Assembly (NCBI GenBank): GCA_945865905.1
Contig: CAMBFC010000004.1
Coordinates: 20,553-84,552 of the forward strand
DNA from: Rickettsia typhi
GTDB lineage: Bacteria > Pseudomonadota > Alphaproteobacteria > Rickettsiales > UBA1997
Direction: 5' to 3'
Length of the DNA: 64,000 nucleotides
Both the position numbers and the translations under genes were made by a program. Each line of letters opens with the position of its first letter. Position 1 is the stretch's first letter. Below are positions 18,295 to 28,162 of the stretch, piece after piece. The notes beneath the pieces were generated by a model. It made no database searches and had not been told where the DNA came from. It was given only the letters and a program-made list of their open reading frames with translations.

Positions 18295-18376
18295 TTTTGC
18301 TCTGGCGAAATAGTAGTTAGCTGATTATCTTTAGGTAATCGATAAATTATTAATTGATTAAAATTAATAGATTTTA

Positions 18377-19120
18377 ATGCACAAAACTATGAAAAAAGAT
18401 ATTGTCACCGCAGCTTTTATAATGATTGGCAACGAGATTTTATCTGGGCGCACGCAAGATAAAAACTTAAACTTTCTCGCAAAAAATTTAACTGCGTTTG
18501 GAATCAATCTGCGCGAAGTGCGCGTAGTTGCTGATGTTACGGCCGAAATTATTGACGCGATAAATGCGGTGCGCAAAAAATATGATTATGTTTTTACCTC
18601 TGGCGGAATTGGGCCAACTCACGACGACATCACTTCTGACGCGGTTGCGCGGGCTTTTAATACTAGCTTAATTTTGGATAAAACCGCTGAAGATATTCTT
18701 AAAAAACATTATGGTGAGCAATTAAATGAGGCGCGATTAAAAATGGGATATATCCCGCAAGGCGCTAGTTTGCTGGATAATCCGGTATCTTCTGCCCCCG
18801 GATTTAGAATTGAAAATGTTTTTGTGATGGCTGGTGTGCCCAAAATTTTTGAAGCAATGTATGCGGCGGCAGAAAAAGAATTAATCGGTGGCAAAAAAAC
18901 TGAATCAAAAGAAATCATCACCGAACTTACAGAAGGTTGGCTTGCGAGCGATTTAGAAAATCTGCAAAAAAAATATCCACAAGTTGCAATGGGTTCTTAT
19001 CCTTTTTCTGACGGCACTTCTTTAGTTTTTCGCGCAACAGATTATGTCGCACTGCAAAAATCTTACACTGAAATGATTGAAATTATTGCAAAGATAAATT
19101 CTAATTTGATGATGAGTTAA
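18377..19120 (+). CDS. CinA-like molybdopterin-binding (MoCF_BD) domain protein
   Basis: 247 aa with IGNEILSGRTQDKN and TSGGIGPTHDDIT. The start could instead be the ATG at 18389. Confidence 0.75.
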   Translation: MHKTMKKDIVTAAFIMIGNEILSGRTQDKNLNFLAKNLTAFGINLREVRVVADVTAEIIDAINAVRKKYDYVFTSGGIGPTHDDITSDAVARAFNTSLILDKTAEDILKKHYGEQLNEARLKMGYIPQGASLLDNPVSSAPGFRIENVFVMAGVPKIFEAMYAAAEKELIGGKKTESKEIITELTEGWLASDLENLQKKYPQVAMGSYPFSDGTSLVFRATDYVALQKSYTEMIEIIAKINSNLMMS

Positions 19121-19134
19121 AATAATTTATCAAA

Positions 19135-19950
19135 ATGGAGAAAAAACCTCAAGAATTATCAAAAGAAGAGCAGGCGCAAAAGGCTGAATACCAGCAATTT
19201 GTTAAAGATGCCGCCTTTGATGGCAGCTATTTTAAAGATGCGCTTGATTGGTATATGTTGCGCTATGTTAGCCCTTTGTGCGATAGAACAACAATGATAT
19301 TTGTTTCAATAATTGGCGTTATATCAATTTTTTGCCTGATTCAAATTATTGACGGATTGTTTCCCTTGGTACAAAAGGTTCCGATTGTTATTAGAGCAAA
19401 AGATCAGTCACTCTATAGCCCTTTCATTAAATCCCTTAGAAGCGCTGAAAACAAAGAGTTGCGGGTTGATGATGCGATTGCAAAATACTTATTAGCAATT
19501 TATGTTAATGATCGCGAAAGCTACGATTATCGCAAATCTGAAGTTGAAGATGTTAACCGCAAATTCAATCGCATAAAAAATACTTCTTCATATAACGAGT
19601 ATAAAAATTTTCAGCTCTTTATGAGCAAGGATAACGAAGGCAGTCCGCTCAACGATTTTGGTCATAATGTTTTTCGCACAATTGAGACTCAGAGCGTAAC
19701 ATTTATTGAAAATCAAAATCAGGATTATTACCTTAAACTCAAAACTTTCTTTGAAAGCACCTTGCCAACCGAGGCAGAAGTTCGCTTTGCAGCAACAATG
19801 CACAGTTTTGATGAAAATAATAATGAAAAAAAAGAAACAACAAACTATCTTGTTAAGATCAAATTCACCTTCTCTGGCGCTAACCGCAAAGCCCAAAGTG
19901 GTTTCATGAGTTTTGTGACTAATAGCTATAAATTGTATAAGATAAAATAA
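19135..19950 (+). CDS. virB8: VirB8-like type IV secretion component
   Basis: 271 aa with a cytoplasmic N-terminus, one TM helix (MIFVSIIGVISIFCLIQII), then FPLVQKVPIVIRAKD, which resembles the VirB8 LTPLK..PYVIRVD segment. It is adjacent to a virB9-like gene. Confidence 0.55.
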   Translation: MEKKPQELSKEEQAQKAEYQQFVKDAAFDGSYFKDALDWYMLRYVSPLCDRTTMIFVSIIGVISIFCLIQIIDGLFPLVQKVPIVIRAKDQSLYSPFIKSLRSAENKELRVDDAIAKYLLAIYVNDRESYDYRKSEVEDVNRKFNRIKNTSSYNEYKNFQLFMSKDNEGSPLNDFGHNVFRTIETQSVTFIENQNQDYYLKLKTFFESTLPTEAEVRFAATMHSFDENNNEKKETTNYLVKIKFTFSGANRKAQSGFMSFVTNSYKLYKIK

Positions 19951-19956
19951 TTTTTG

Positions 19957-20883
19957 ATGAAAAAACTTTTGCAAATTATCGGGTTATTTTTTCTTCTTGC
20001 CGATGCCAGTTTGGCTTCGCAGTTGCCGCGCTATTTGGGCACCGAAAAAAAATTTCGCAGCTATGTTTATAATCCTAACGATGTTTATCGCTATTTGGGG
20101 CACTATACCTATCAAGGCTTTATCGAGTTTGAAAGCGATGAAACCATCAGCACAATTTCGATGGGAGATCCTTCTTTGTGGCTGTTTGAACATCTGGGAA
20201 ACCGCTTGTTTCTAAAGCCGGTGGGTGAGGGTGCGTCTCAAACCAACATGACCGTTATCACTAACAAAAAAATCTATCATTTTGAACTTACTGCCAAAGA
20301 AGCTAAAAATATTAGCGATAAGGATTTGGTGTTTGTAGCAAAATTTGTTTATCCTGACGAGAAAGATAAAAACATCATCGAATTTCCTAAAGCAATTGCT
20401 AGCGATGAGCCTGACATGCGCGATCTCAGCATTTATAACTTCAAATATCAATATACTGGAGAAGCGTCGATTGCGCCAGTAAAAGTTTTTGATAATGGTG
20501 ATTTTACTTATTTTCAATTTCCTAGAAAAAATGCCGAATATCCCGCAATTTTTTCTGTTGACGCAGCAGGATTTGAATCAATTGTTAACTTTAGAGCGGC
20601 TGGCGATTACATCATAGTTGAAAAAGTTGCGCCACAATTTACTTTGCGCAATGGCACTGATATTGTCTGTGTTTATAATACTTCTTTATATGCTACTGGC
20701 AAGGCGGTTGATCCTTATAGCAAAGATTCGAAAAAAGCGCCTACTGTCAATAATTTTGCCGCACCATTAGCAACGCCAGCACCGGGGGCAATGCCACAAG
20801 GAATGCCGGGCGGAATTGCGCCATATCCACAATTTCCATCTTACCAATCAACGCCATCGCGAAAACCTCCAACAGTTAATTAG
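19957..20883 (+). CDS. virB9: VirB9-like type IV secretion component with Pro-rich C-terminal tail
   Basis: Signal peptide, an N-domain pattern (YTYQGFIEFESDETISTISMGDPSLW...NRLFLKP...TNMTVIT..KIYHFEL) and a C-domain pattern (VFDNGDFTYFQF...). I took the ATG at 19957; the track starts at the TTG at 19954. Confidence 0.72.
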   Translation: MKKLLQIIGLFFLLADASLASQLPRYLGTEKKFRSYVYNPNDVYRYLGHYTYQGFIEFESDETISTISMGDPSLWLFEHLGNRLFLKPVGEGASQTNMTVITNKKIYHFELTAKEAKNISDKDLVFVAKFVYPDEKDKNIIEFPKAIASDEPDMRDLSIYNFKYQYTGEASIAPVKVFDNGDFTYFQFPRKNAEYPAIFSVDAAGFESIVNFRAAGDYIIVEKVAPQFTLRNGTDIVCVYNTSLYATGKAVDPYSKDSKKAPTVNNFAAPLATPAPGAMPQGMPGGIAPYPQFPSYQSTPSRKPPTVN

Positions 20884-20886
20884 CGC

Positions 20887-21402
20887 ATGAAAAAATCCTA
20901 TTTATTTTTGTGCGTATTGCTGTTTTCTTGCGGCACAAAAGATGTTTCTTATAATTACCCCGATAATCCTGATTACGCTAGAAAAAGCAGGGCGGGCAAT
21001 GCTTTTTCTAAAAGTGATTTCGTGGTTTATGGCAAGAAAAAAAGTGTAGAAAAAGTGGCCGCAGAAAAAACTGAAGAAAAATCAGCGCTGACAAAATCTG
21101 CATTATGGCAATCTAGCGTTGAGGTTGTAGGGGCGCTTTTTCCAATCGCCATTCTTAATTCTGATAATGGCATTATCACAACTGAATGGTATCAAGATGT
21201 GCAAAACAGCAACGAGCGCATTAAAATCAACGCCTTGGTCAAAGGCTATGAGGTAAAAAAAGAAAATTTACAAATCACAATTTTTCGCCAAAAAAAATCT
21301 GCAGGAAAATGGGAAGATGCTAGTCGCGAAAGCTCTGATACCAATGGTCTTTCTGCCAAACTTTTGCAAGACAAAATCTTAGCAATCGCACAAAAAAAAT
21401 AA
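20887..21402 (+). CDS. DUF3576-like lipoprotein
   Basis: 171 aa with lipobox LFSC and LWQSSVEVVGALFPIAILNSDNGIITTEWY. This family is commonly next to leuS in alphaproteobacteria. Confidence 0.6.
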   Translation: MKKSYLFLCVLLFSCGTKDVSYNYPDNPDYARKSRAGNAFSKSDFVVYGKKKSVEKVAAEKTEEKSALTKSALWQSSVEVVGALFPIAILNSDNGIITTEWYQDVQNSNERIKINALVKGYEVKKENLQITIFRQKKSAGKWEDASRESSDTNGLSAKLLQDKILAIAQKK

Positions 21403-21420
21403 TTCCAACAATTTTAAACA

Positions 21421-24093
21421 GTGAAACAAAATTTATCTAATTATAATCATAAAGAATGCGAACCTAAGTGGCAGAAGACTTGGGACGATGCTCAAGTTTT
21501 TAAATTTGACGAAAACTCTGCTAAGCCAAAATTTTATGAGCTCGAGATGTTGCCTTATCCTTCGGGCAAAATTCACATGGGCCACTTACGCAATTATGCA
21601 ATTGGCGATGTAATTGCTCGTTTTAAAATGATGCAGGGCTTTAATGTACTACACCCAATGGGCTTTGATGCTTTTGGTTTGCCAGCCGAAAATGCTGCCT
21701 TGCAACATAAAATTCACCCAGAAAAATGGACGCTCGAAAATATCGAAACGATGCGCGCCGAACTAAAAACAATTGGCCTTTCTATCGATTGGAGCCGCGA
21801 GATTGCTACCTGTTTGCCTGATTATTACAAACATGAACAAAAGATTTTTCTCGATTTTTTAAAGGCTGGATTAGCCTATCAAAAAGAATCTTTGGTTAAT
21901 TGGGATCCGATTGATAATACCGTTTTGGCCAATGAGCAAGTGATCGATGGCCGCGGTTGGCGCAGTGGCGCGCTGGTTGAAAAGAAAAAACTTCGTCAAT
22001 GGTTTTTAAAAATTTCTGATTTTTCGGAAGAATTATTGCAAGAGCTAAAAGTTTTAAATGGTTGGGACGAGCGGGTTTTAACCATGCAAGAAAAATGGAT
22101 TGGAAAATCAGAGGGGCTGGTGGTTGATTTTAAATTGTCGGATATAAATGACAAAATTCAAGTTTATACAACGCGCCCTGACACCTTATTTGGCGCGGCT
22201 TTTATCGCTATTTCTGCACATCATCCTGTGGCGTTAAAATTGGCGCAAAATAATTCTGCGATTAAAGAATTTATTGCGCAGTGCGATAAAAATGCTATTG
22301 ATGAACAAACGCTAGAAACCCAAGAGAAGAAAGGCGTGGCGACGGGTTTGCAAGTTGAACATCCGCTTGATTCAAACTGGAAAATAGATGTTTATGTTGC
22401 CAATTTTGTCTTGATGGATTATGGCACGGGAGCTGTGTTTGGGTGCCCTGCGCATGATGCGCGCGATTTTGAATTTGCGATAAAATACAATTTGCCGATC
22501 AAGCAAGTTGTTGCGCCGCTTGATTCATCTAAAAATACCTTCGCATCGCAAAATAGAAACCTTACTTCTGAATCGATCAATTCTCATATCAGCACTACAG
22601 AACTGCCATTTCTTGAAGATGGTATAATTATAAATTCTGATTTTCTCAATGGCCTTACTTGCGAGCAAGCGCAGCACAAAGTTGCAGAAATTCTCTGCGG
22701 CAAAAATCAAGCACAGCGCAAAACAAATTTTCGTCTGCGTGATTGGGGTGTCTCGCGCCAGCGCTATTGGGGCTGCCCAATTCCAATTTTATATTTAGAA
22801 GACGGATCTGCGGTGCCAGTGCCACAAGATCAACTGCCAGTTGAGCTGCCAAAGGATGTTGTTTTTACTGGCACCGGAAATCCTCTCGCAAATCACCCCA
22901 CTTGGAAACACACAACCTACACCGATGCTAGCGGCAAAACACAAAAAGCCATTCGCGAAACCGACACTTTCGATACATTTTTTGAAAGCTCGTGGTATTT
23001 TTTGCGCTATATATCGAAAGCCGAAGATAAAGCCTTTGACAGAGATGTGGTAAATAAATTTATGCCCGTCGATCAATATGTTGGCGGCATCGAGCACGCA
23101 GTTTTGCATTTGCTTTATGCGCGCTTTTTTACTAAAGCATTAAAAAAATGTGGTTACCTAGATTTTAGTGAACCATTTAAAAACCTACTCACACAAGGGA
23201 TGGTCTGCCATCACACTTTTAAAAATCAAAAAGGTGAATGGGTTTTTCCTAGCGAAGCGGTTGAGGTTGAAGCCGGAAAATTCATCCATGAAAAAACCCG
23301 CGAAGCCTTGGTGCGCGGCCGTAGTGAAAAAATGAGCAAATCGAAAAAAAATGTCGTTGAGCCATTGCACATCGTCGAAGCCTACGGAGCAGACACTGCG
23401 CGGCTTTTTATGCTTTCAGATTCTCCTGCGTCACGCGATTTAGAATGGTCAGAAAGTGGCGTCGATGGCGCGTGGAAATATGTCAATCGCTTATGGAAAT
23501 TGGTGGCATCTCATGCCAATCAAATTGATCATGGCCCTTTGCAGCCTCTTGCAACCTATAACGAGGAGCAATTGCAAATAATAAAACTCACTCACAAAAC
23601 AATCGCAATGGTTGGTGATGAATTCGAAAAAATCGGCTTCAATCGAGCAATTGCAAAGATCCGCGAGTTTTCAAATGCACTAGAAAAATTTGCAACGCAA
23701 AATGATAATGCCGCAAACCAAGGCAGCTCTAACGATAGCGCCAAAAAAAATGCAGAAGTAATGCATTTTGCTCTCACAAATTTAGTGATTTTATTTGCGC
23801 CAATAATGCCTCATTTAGCTGAAGAATGCTGGGCCGCTCTAGGCAATAAAAACTTGGTTACTCAAGCAAAATTTCCGCAATTTGATGGACAATTGATCAG
23901 CGAAAATTCTGTAAAAATTGCTGTGCAAGTTATGGGAAAACTTCGCGCTGTGCTCGAAATGTCAAAAGGCGCGAGCCGCGAAGATGTTGAGTTAGCGGCA
24001 TTACAAAATGAAAATGTGCAGAAATTTTTGGAAGGAAAAACTGCTAAAAAAATTATTGCGGTGCCGGATAAAATGATAAATTTTGTGTTGTAA
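21421..24093 (+). CDS. leuS: leucine--tRNA ligase
   Basis: 890 aa with the HMGH and KMSKS motifs and a CP1 editing domain. GTG start. Confidence 0.94.
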   Translation: MKQNLSNYNHKECEPKWQKTWDDAQVFKFDENSAKPKFYELEMLPYPSGKIHMGHLRNYAIGDVIARFKMMQGFNVLHPMGFDAFGLPAENAALQHKIHPEKWTLENIETMRAELKTIGLSIDWSREIATCLPDYYKHEQKIFLDFLKAGLAYQKESLVNWDPIDNTVLANEQVIDGRGWRSGALVEKKKLRQWFLKISDFSEELLQELKVLNGWDERVLTMQEKWIGKSEGLVVDFKLSDINDKIQVYTTRPDTLFGAAFIAISAHHPVALKLAQNNSAIKEFIAQCDKNAIDEQTLETQEKKGVATGLQVEHPLDSNWKIDVYVANFVLMDYGTGAVFGCPAHDARDFEFAIKYNLPIKQVVAPLDSSKNTFASQNRNLTSESINSHISTTELPFLEDGIIINSDFLNGLTCEQAQHKVAEILCGKNQAQRKTNFRLRDWGVSRQRYWGCPIPILYLEDGSAVPVPQDQLPVELPKDVVFTGTGNPLANHPTWKHTTYTDASGKTQKAIRETDTFDTFFESSWYFLRYISKAEDKAFDRDVVNKFMPVDQYVGGIEHAVLHLLYARFFTKALKKCGYLDFSEPFKNLLTQGMVCHHTFKNQKGEWVFPSEAVEVEAGKFIHEKTREALVRGRSEKMSKSKKNVVEPLHIVEAYGADTARLFMLSDSPASRDLEWSESGVDGAWKYVNRLWKLVASHANQIDHGPLQPLATYNEEQLQIIKLTHKTIAMVGDEFEKIGFNRAIAKIREFSNALEKFATQNDNAANQGSSNDSAKKNAEVMHFALTNLVILFAPIMPHLAEECWAALGNKNLVTQAKFPQFDGQLISENSVKIAVQVMGKLRAVLEMSKGASREDVELAALQNENVQKFLEGKTAKKIIAVPDKMINFVL

Positions 24094-24132
24094 ATTTTAT
24101 TTATACACCAACTTTAATTTGCGGAAGAGAAA

Positions 24133-25983
24133 ATGATTCGAGAAAAAACTAGTTCTCTATCTTACATTGTCAACGCTTGCAAGCCTTTCAAATTTTATAT
24201 TGGGCTGCATCTTTTTGTTATTTTATTTGCTGCAATTGATATGTCCCTTTGGCCCTATCTTTCAAAATTGCTGATTGATTCTGTTGCGGCGGCAGGGCGA
24301 GAAGACACTCTTGCTAAAACAGAAAATGCTCTTATTTTGCTAGCGATTATTACAGCGCTTCCCGGCTTTGTTTGGCGCCTTTGTGACTATTCTTGGACAA
24401 AAATGATCCCCGCCTTAAAAGCAAAAATCACCATCGAGGCAATTGAAGCAATCGCCGCCCATTCACATAACTTTTTTCAAAATAATTTCACTGGCGCTAT
24501 CGTCAATAGAATCAAGGATCTCAACAATTGCACGCCAAGAATAATTGAAATAATTTTATACAGCTTTTTAAAAACTTTTTTATGTATTTTTATCGCATTT
24601 TTTACAGTTTTTTTTGTGCATAAATTCTTCGCTTTTGGCCTGCTTGTTTGGGGAATTTTATTTATTTTTATTGCGATAAAAACATCGACAAAAACTATCT
24701 CGATGTCCAGCAAAATAGCTGATCAAAGCTCTAAAATCACTGGCAATATTGCCGATTTATTTGGCAATATTAATAATATCAAATTTTTTGTTAATCACAA
24801 TTTAGAAAAAAACCGCACACAAAATTTGTGTAATACTTACACCAATCTTTCCGAAAAACGCGGATTCTTTCTACTTAAATTGCAAGGAGTTCAAGCGGCC
24901 ACTTTTGCGATTTATTTTATTTTTTGTATTGTATTATTAGTTCATCTTTATTCGCAAGGCCAAGTGACTCTAGGTGATTTTGCGTTAATTTTTACTATAA
25001 ATTCTTGGATGATCAATGAAATGTGGAACATGTCTAACGAGATGCGCCACTTTTTAGAAGAATTTGGCACGCTAAAACAAGCGCTAAAAATTGTTGATGA
25101 ACCAATCGAAGTTAAGGATGTTGAAAATGCCAAAACGCTTGAAATTGGCGATTGCAATGAGGGCGAAATTATTTTTGAAAATGTTGAATTTTCTTATAAA
25201 GAAAAAGATCCTGCAACAGAAATAAAGCCATTGGATTGGTCGCAGATTGGCCTTTTGCATCAACCGCCTCTAGGCGCCAACGATAAAACTGCATTTTTTT
25301 CCAATCAATCTATTACTATTAAAGCAGGGCAAAAAGTGGGCTTGGTTGGCCATTCTGGTGGCGGCAAATCAACTTTTATCAATTTAATTTTGCGCGCCTT
25401 TGATTTAACTAGCGGCAGAATTTTAATCAATAAACAAGATATTTCGCAAGTGACACAAGGTTCGTTGCGAGGCGCAATTGGCTTGATTCCACAGGATCCA
25501 TCACTTTTTCATCGCACACTTTTTGAAAATATTTCTTATGCAAAAAACGATGCTACAAAAGATGAAATTATTGCTGCAGCAAAAAAAGCCCATGCCCATA
25601 AATTTATTGAGGAATTGCCGCAAGGCTATGAATCTTTGGTTGGCGAGCGCGGCATTAAACTTTCGGGTGGGCAGCGCCAAAGAATTGCAATTGCACGCGC
25701 TTTTCTCAAAAATGCCCCGATTTTGATCCTTGATGAAGCAACTAGCCAACTCGATTCTATCACCGAAAATCTAATTCAAGAAAGCTTAAAAGACCTACTA
25801 AAAAACAAAACCGCCCTAATAATCGCCCATCGCTTGGCAACTTTGCAGTTTTGTGATCGAATTTTAGTATTTGATAGCGGCAAAATCGTTGAAGATGGCT
25901 CGCACCTAGATCTGCTTGCTTCTAACGGCACCTACAAAAAGCTTTGGAACGCCCAAGTTGGCGGTTTTTTAGCTGAAGGCTAG
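24133..25983 (+). CDS. ABC exporter, fused permease/ATPase (MsbA-like architecture)
   Basis: 616 aa with a 6-TM domain, then Walker A GHSGGGKST, signature LSGGQRQR and Walker B ILILDEATS. There is an insertion of about 30 aa ahead of Walker A. Confidence 0.85.
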   Translation: MIREKTSSLSYIVNACKPFKFYIGLHLFVILFAAIDMSLWPYLSKLLIDSVAAAGREDTLAKTENALILLAIITALPGFVWRLCDYSWTKMIPALKAKITIEAIEAIAAHSHNFFQNNFTGAIVNRIKDLNNCTPRIIEIILYSFLKTFLCIFIAFFTVFFVHKFFAFGLLVWGILFIFIAIKTSTKTISMSSKIADQSSKITGNIADLFGNINNIKFFVNHNLEKNRTQNLCNTYTNLSEKRGFFLLKLQGVQAATFAIYFIFCIVLLVHLYSQGQVTLGDFALIFTINSWMINEMWNMSNEMRHFLEEFGTLKQALKIVDEPIEVKDVENAKTLEIGDCNEGEIIFENVEFSYKEKDPATEIKPLDWSQIGLLHQPPLGANDKTAFFSNQSITIKAGQKVGLVGHSGGGKSTFINLILRAFDLTSGRILINKQDISQVTQGSLRGAIGLIPQDPSLFHRTLFENISYAKNDATKDEIIAAAKKAHAHKFIEELPQGYESLVGERGIKLSGGQRQRIAIARAFLKNAPILILDEATSQLDSITENLIQESLKDLLKNKTALIIAHRLATLQFCDRILVFDSGKIVEDGSHLDLLASNGTYKKLWNAQVGGFLAEG

Positions 25984-26012
25984 AAACATAAGGCTATATT
26001 TTACAAATATTC

Positions 26013-26041
26013 TTGACTCAAGGTGAAAATTCGTATATAAT
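26013..26041 (+). promoter_or_regulatory. near-consensus sigma70-type promoter
   Basis: TTGACT (26013-26018), a 17-nt spacer, then TATAAT (26036-26041). It lies 32 nt upstream of the 26074 ATG. Confidence 0.55.
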
Positions 26042-26073
26042 GGGCAGCTCAATTATTAATTTAAGATATAGAT

Positions 26074-26805
26074 ATGCCTACTACACAATATGAAGCGACC
26101 GCATCTAGCGCCCCTCAAGAAAGAGATATAGCGGCACCAAAAGAAACCTCAGCAAGAATAGCTGCCATCTCTGCGCAGGGGCTCGCTACAACATTGGTTT
26201 ATGCCGATGAGGCCTATTTGAACAAAATGCTTTTAACCCCTCGAGGAGCTTTAAAAAAGCCGACCGCAGAAGGCCTGCAAGATATTGCCCTTAGAATTGG
26301 TGAGATGCAAAATCTTGCCCCAACTATTGCAATTGCGGTTACGGATGTGGCAAATTTTGAAAAAGAACATTGCACTGGCGAATCTCCTTACAACCTAACT
26401 TCGCAGCAAGCAGGCGTAGCAGAACAACTTCTTGTGCAAGGCATTGCTTTAAGACGCCAATTTATAGATTTATTAGCCCAAATCAAAGATGTTTCTCCCG
26501 ATCTTTTGACGCAATTGTTAAAAAATATTAGCAATCCCATTGAATATCCCGCTACTAAAGAAGCGCGACTTGCGACCTTATCAATAAATGAGGAAAATTT
26601 GCAAAAAATAAAGGAATCGGTTGATAAAACAATTACAAAAATAGGCTCACAAAAAGAGAGCGCTCCCAAAAGTTCAATCAGCAATATTTCAGTTGAAGCG
26701 CTTGCCTCAGAACAAAATAAAGATTTGCCAAAAAACGCGCCTAGTGAAGCATTTGGAAAAGCACTTGCAACACGACATCAGACTGCCGTAGCAAGCGCTG
26801 CATAG
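26074..26805 (+). CDS. hypothetical protein (Ala/Gln-rich, no recognised domain)
   Basis: 243-aa ORF in an otherwise empty interval, preceded by a consensus promoter. No family recognised. Confidence 0.5.
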   Translation: MPTTQYEATASSAPQERDIAAPKETSARIAAISAQGLATTLVYADEAYLNKMLLTPRGALKKPTAEGLQDIALRIGEMQNLAPTIAIAVTDVANFEKEHCTGESPYNLTSQQAGVAEQLLVQGIALRRQFIDLLAQIKDVSPDLLTQLLKNISNPIEYPATKEARLATLSINEENLQKIKESVDKTITKIGSQKESAPKSSISNISVEALASEQNKDLPKNAPSEAFGKALATRHQTAVASAA

Positions 26806-26819
26806 GTTGTGGGCTTTTT

Positions 26820-27623
26820 TTAAATTTGCACTCGAGAAAATAACCGCATAAAATTCTGCGTCGTTTGCGCCGCAACCTCTTGCCACTCTAGGCCTTTTAG
26901 CTGCGCCACAAATTCAACAACATTTTTGGTATAAGCTGGCTGATTAGTTTTGCCGCGATACGGAACTGGCGCTAAGTAAGGCGCATCGGTCTCTGTGAGT
27001 AGTGATTCTAGTGGCAAAAATTTTACGATTTGCTGCAAATCTATCGCATTTTTAAAAGTGACAATTCCTGAAATTGAAATATACACATCAAGATCCAGAG
27101 CCTTGCGCGCCAAGCTTTCTGAACTTGAAAAACAATGTAAAAGCGCGGGAAATTTTTTGTTTTTTTGCTCACTTTCTAAAATTTCCATCATATCACTATC
27201 AGCATCGCGCGAATGAATAATCAGCGGCAAGCCACTCTGCTGCGAGGTTTGTATGTGTTCGATAAAGCTGTGTTTTTGATTTTGCGGCGATACATCTTTG
27301 TAATAATAATCCAATCCAGTTTCGCCAATTCCAATAATTTTTTTCTCACGCGCGCAAATTTCTAAAAGCTGTGCAGCGTTGATTTTAGGATCCTCATCAA
27401 CATTATTGGGGTGAACGCCCAGCGAGGCATAAACATTTTTATAACGCTTGGTATAGTTTAAAATTTTATCAATTTCGCTAACTCGCGTGCAAATTGTTTG
27501 CAAAATTTTAACCTGCGCGGCGTCGGCATTTTTTATGAGCTCATCAATATTGTGGCCTTGTTTTTCGAGTAGGTCGAGATGGCAATGGCTATCGACTATT
27601 ATTGGGTTTGTGGCGTTTATCAT
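26820..27623 (-). CDS. tatD: TatD-family metal-dependent hydrolase
   Basis: 267 aa with VDSHCHLD, IGETGLDYY and IHSRDA. Confidence 0.88.
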   Translation of the reverse strand: MINATNPIIVDSHCHLDLLEKQGHNIDELIKNADAAQVKILQTICTRVSEIDKILNYTKRYKNVYASLGVHPNNVDEDPKINAAQLLEICAREKKIIGIGETGLDYYYKDVSPQNQKHSFIEHIQTSQQSGLPLIIHSRDADSDMMEILESEQKNKKFPALLHCFSSSESLARKALDLDVYISISGIVTFKNAIDLQQIVKFLPLESLLTETDAPYLAPVPYRGKTNQPAYTKNVVEFVAQLKGLEWQEVAAQTTQNFMRLFSRVQI

Positions 27624-28162
27624 AATTTTTTATTGCGAATTGCGCTTGAAGAAATGTCGTAATTTTTGGTTTGAAAAAGTGATAATTTTGGTAATCGCGA
27701 ATCAAGATTTCTAATACTTAAGGCATTTTGATAAATCTTAAAAGCCCGCGTTTCTTTTGCTTTCAACAAAAAATCAGCCCGTGAAAAAATTGCAAATTCA
27801 ATTGATTTTATTAACGGCAAAAAGTTTTTCCACAGGTGAAATTTTTCTAAATTATCTGCGCCCATAATCCAATAAAATCTTATTTCAGGGTATTTTGATT
27901 TGATTTTTTTTACTAATTTATAAGTTGAAAAGCTATCTTTTTCAAAATCTTTGGTAAAGATTTTTGGATGATTTTTTGTGATTTCTAAACAACCTTTTAG
28001 CCTTGCTAGATAAGATTCTGTAGCCTTTTCTTTAAGAGGATTTTGCGAAGTTGGAATCCACCAAACTTGATTTAGGCCAAGCTTTTGCAGCGCCAATTCG
28101 CTGATGTGAATATGTCCTTGGTGCGCTGGATTAAAGCTTCCGCCGAGTAGACCAATTTTCAT
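27620..28162 (-). CDS. nadD: nicotinate-nucleotide adenylyltransferase
   Basis: 180 aa. GGSFNPAHQGH is the (H/T)xGH nucleotidyltransferase motif. It overlaps tatD by 4 nt. Confidence 0.85.
   Translation of the reverse strand: MKIGLLGGSFNPAHQGHIHISELALQKLGLNQVWWIPTSQNPLKEKATESYLARLKGCLEITKNHPKIFTKDFEKDSFSTYKLVKKIKSKYPEIRFYWIMGADNLEKFHLWKNFLPLIKSIEFAIFSRADFLLKAKETRAFKIYQNALSIRNLDSRLPKLSLFQTKNYDISSSAIRNKKL

Noticed and set aside
18340-18372. GATAAATT-containing AT palindrome (AAATTATTAATTGATTAAAATTAATAGATTT) after rlmI as another hairpin-family member
   Set aside because: It has no conserved core, the arms are short and imperfect, and the sequence is low-complexity AT. The GATAAATT match alone is expected by chance in this composition.
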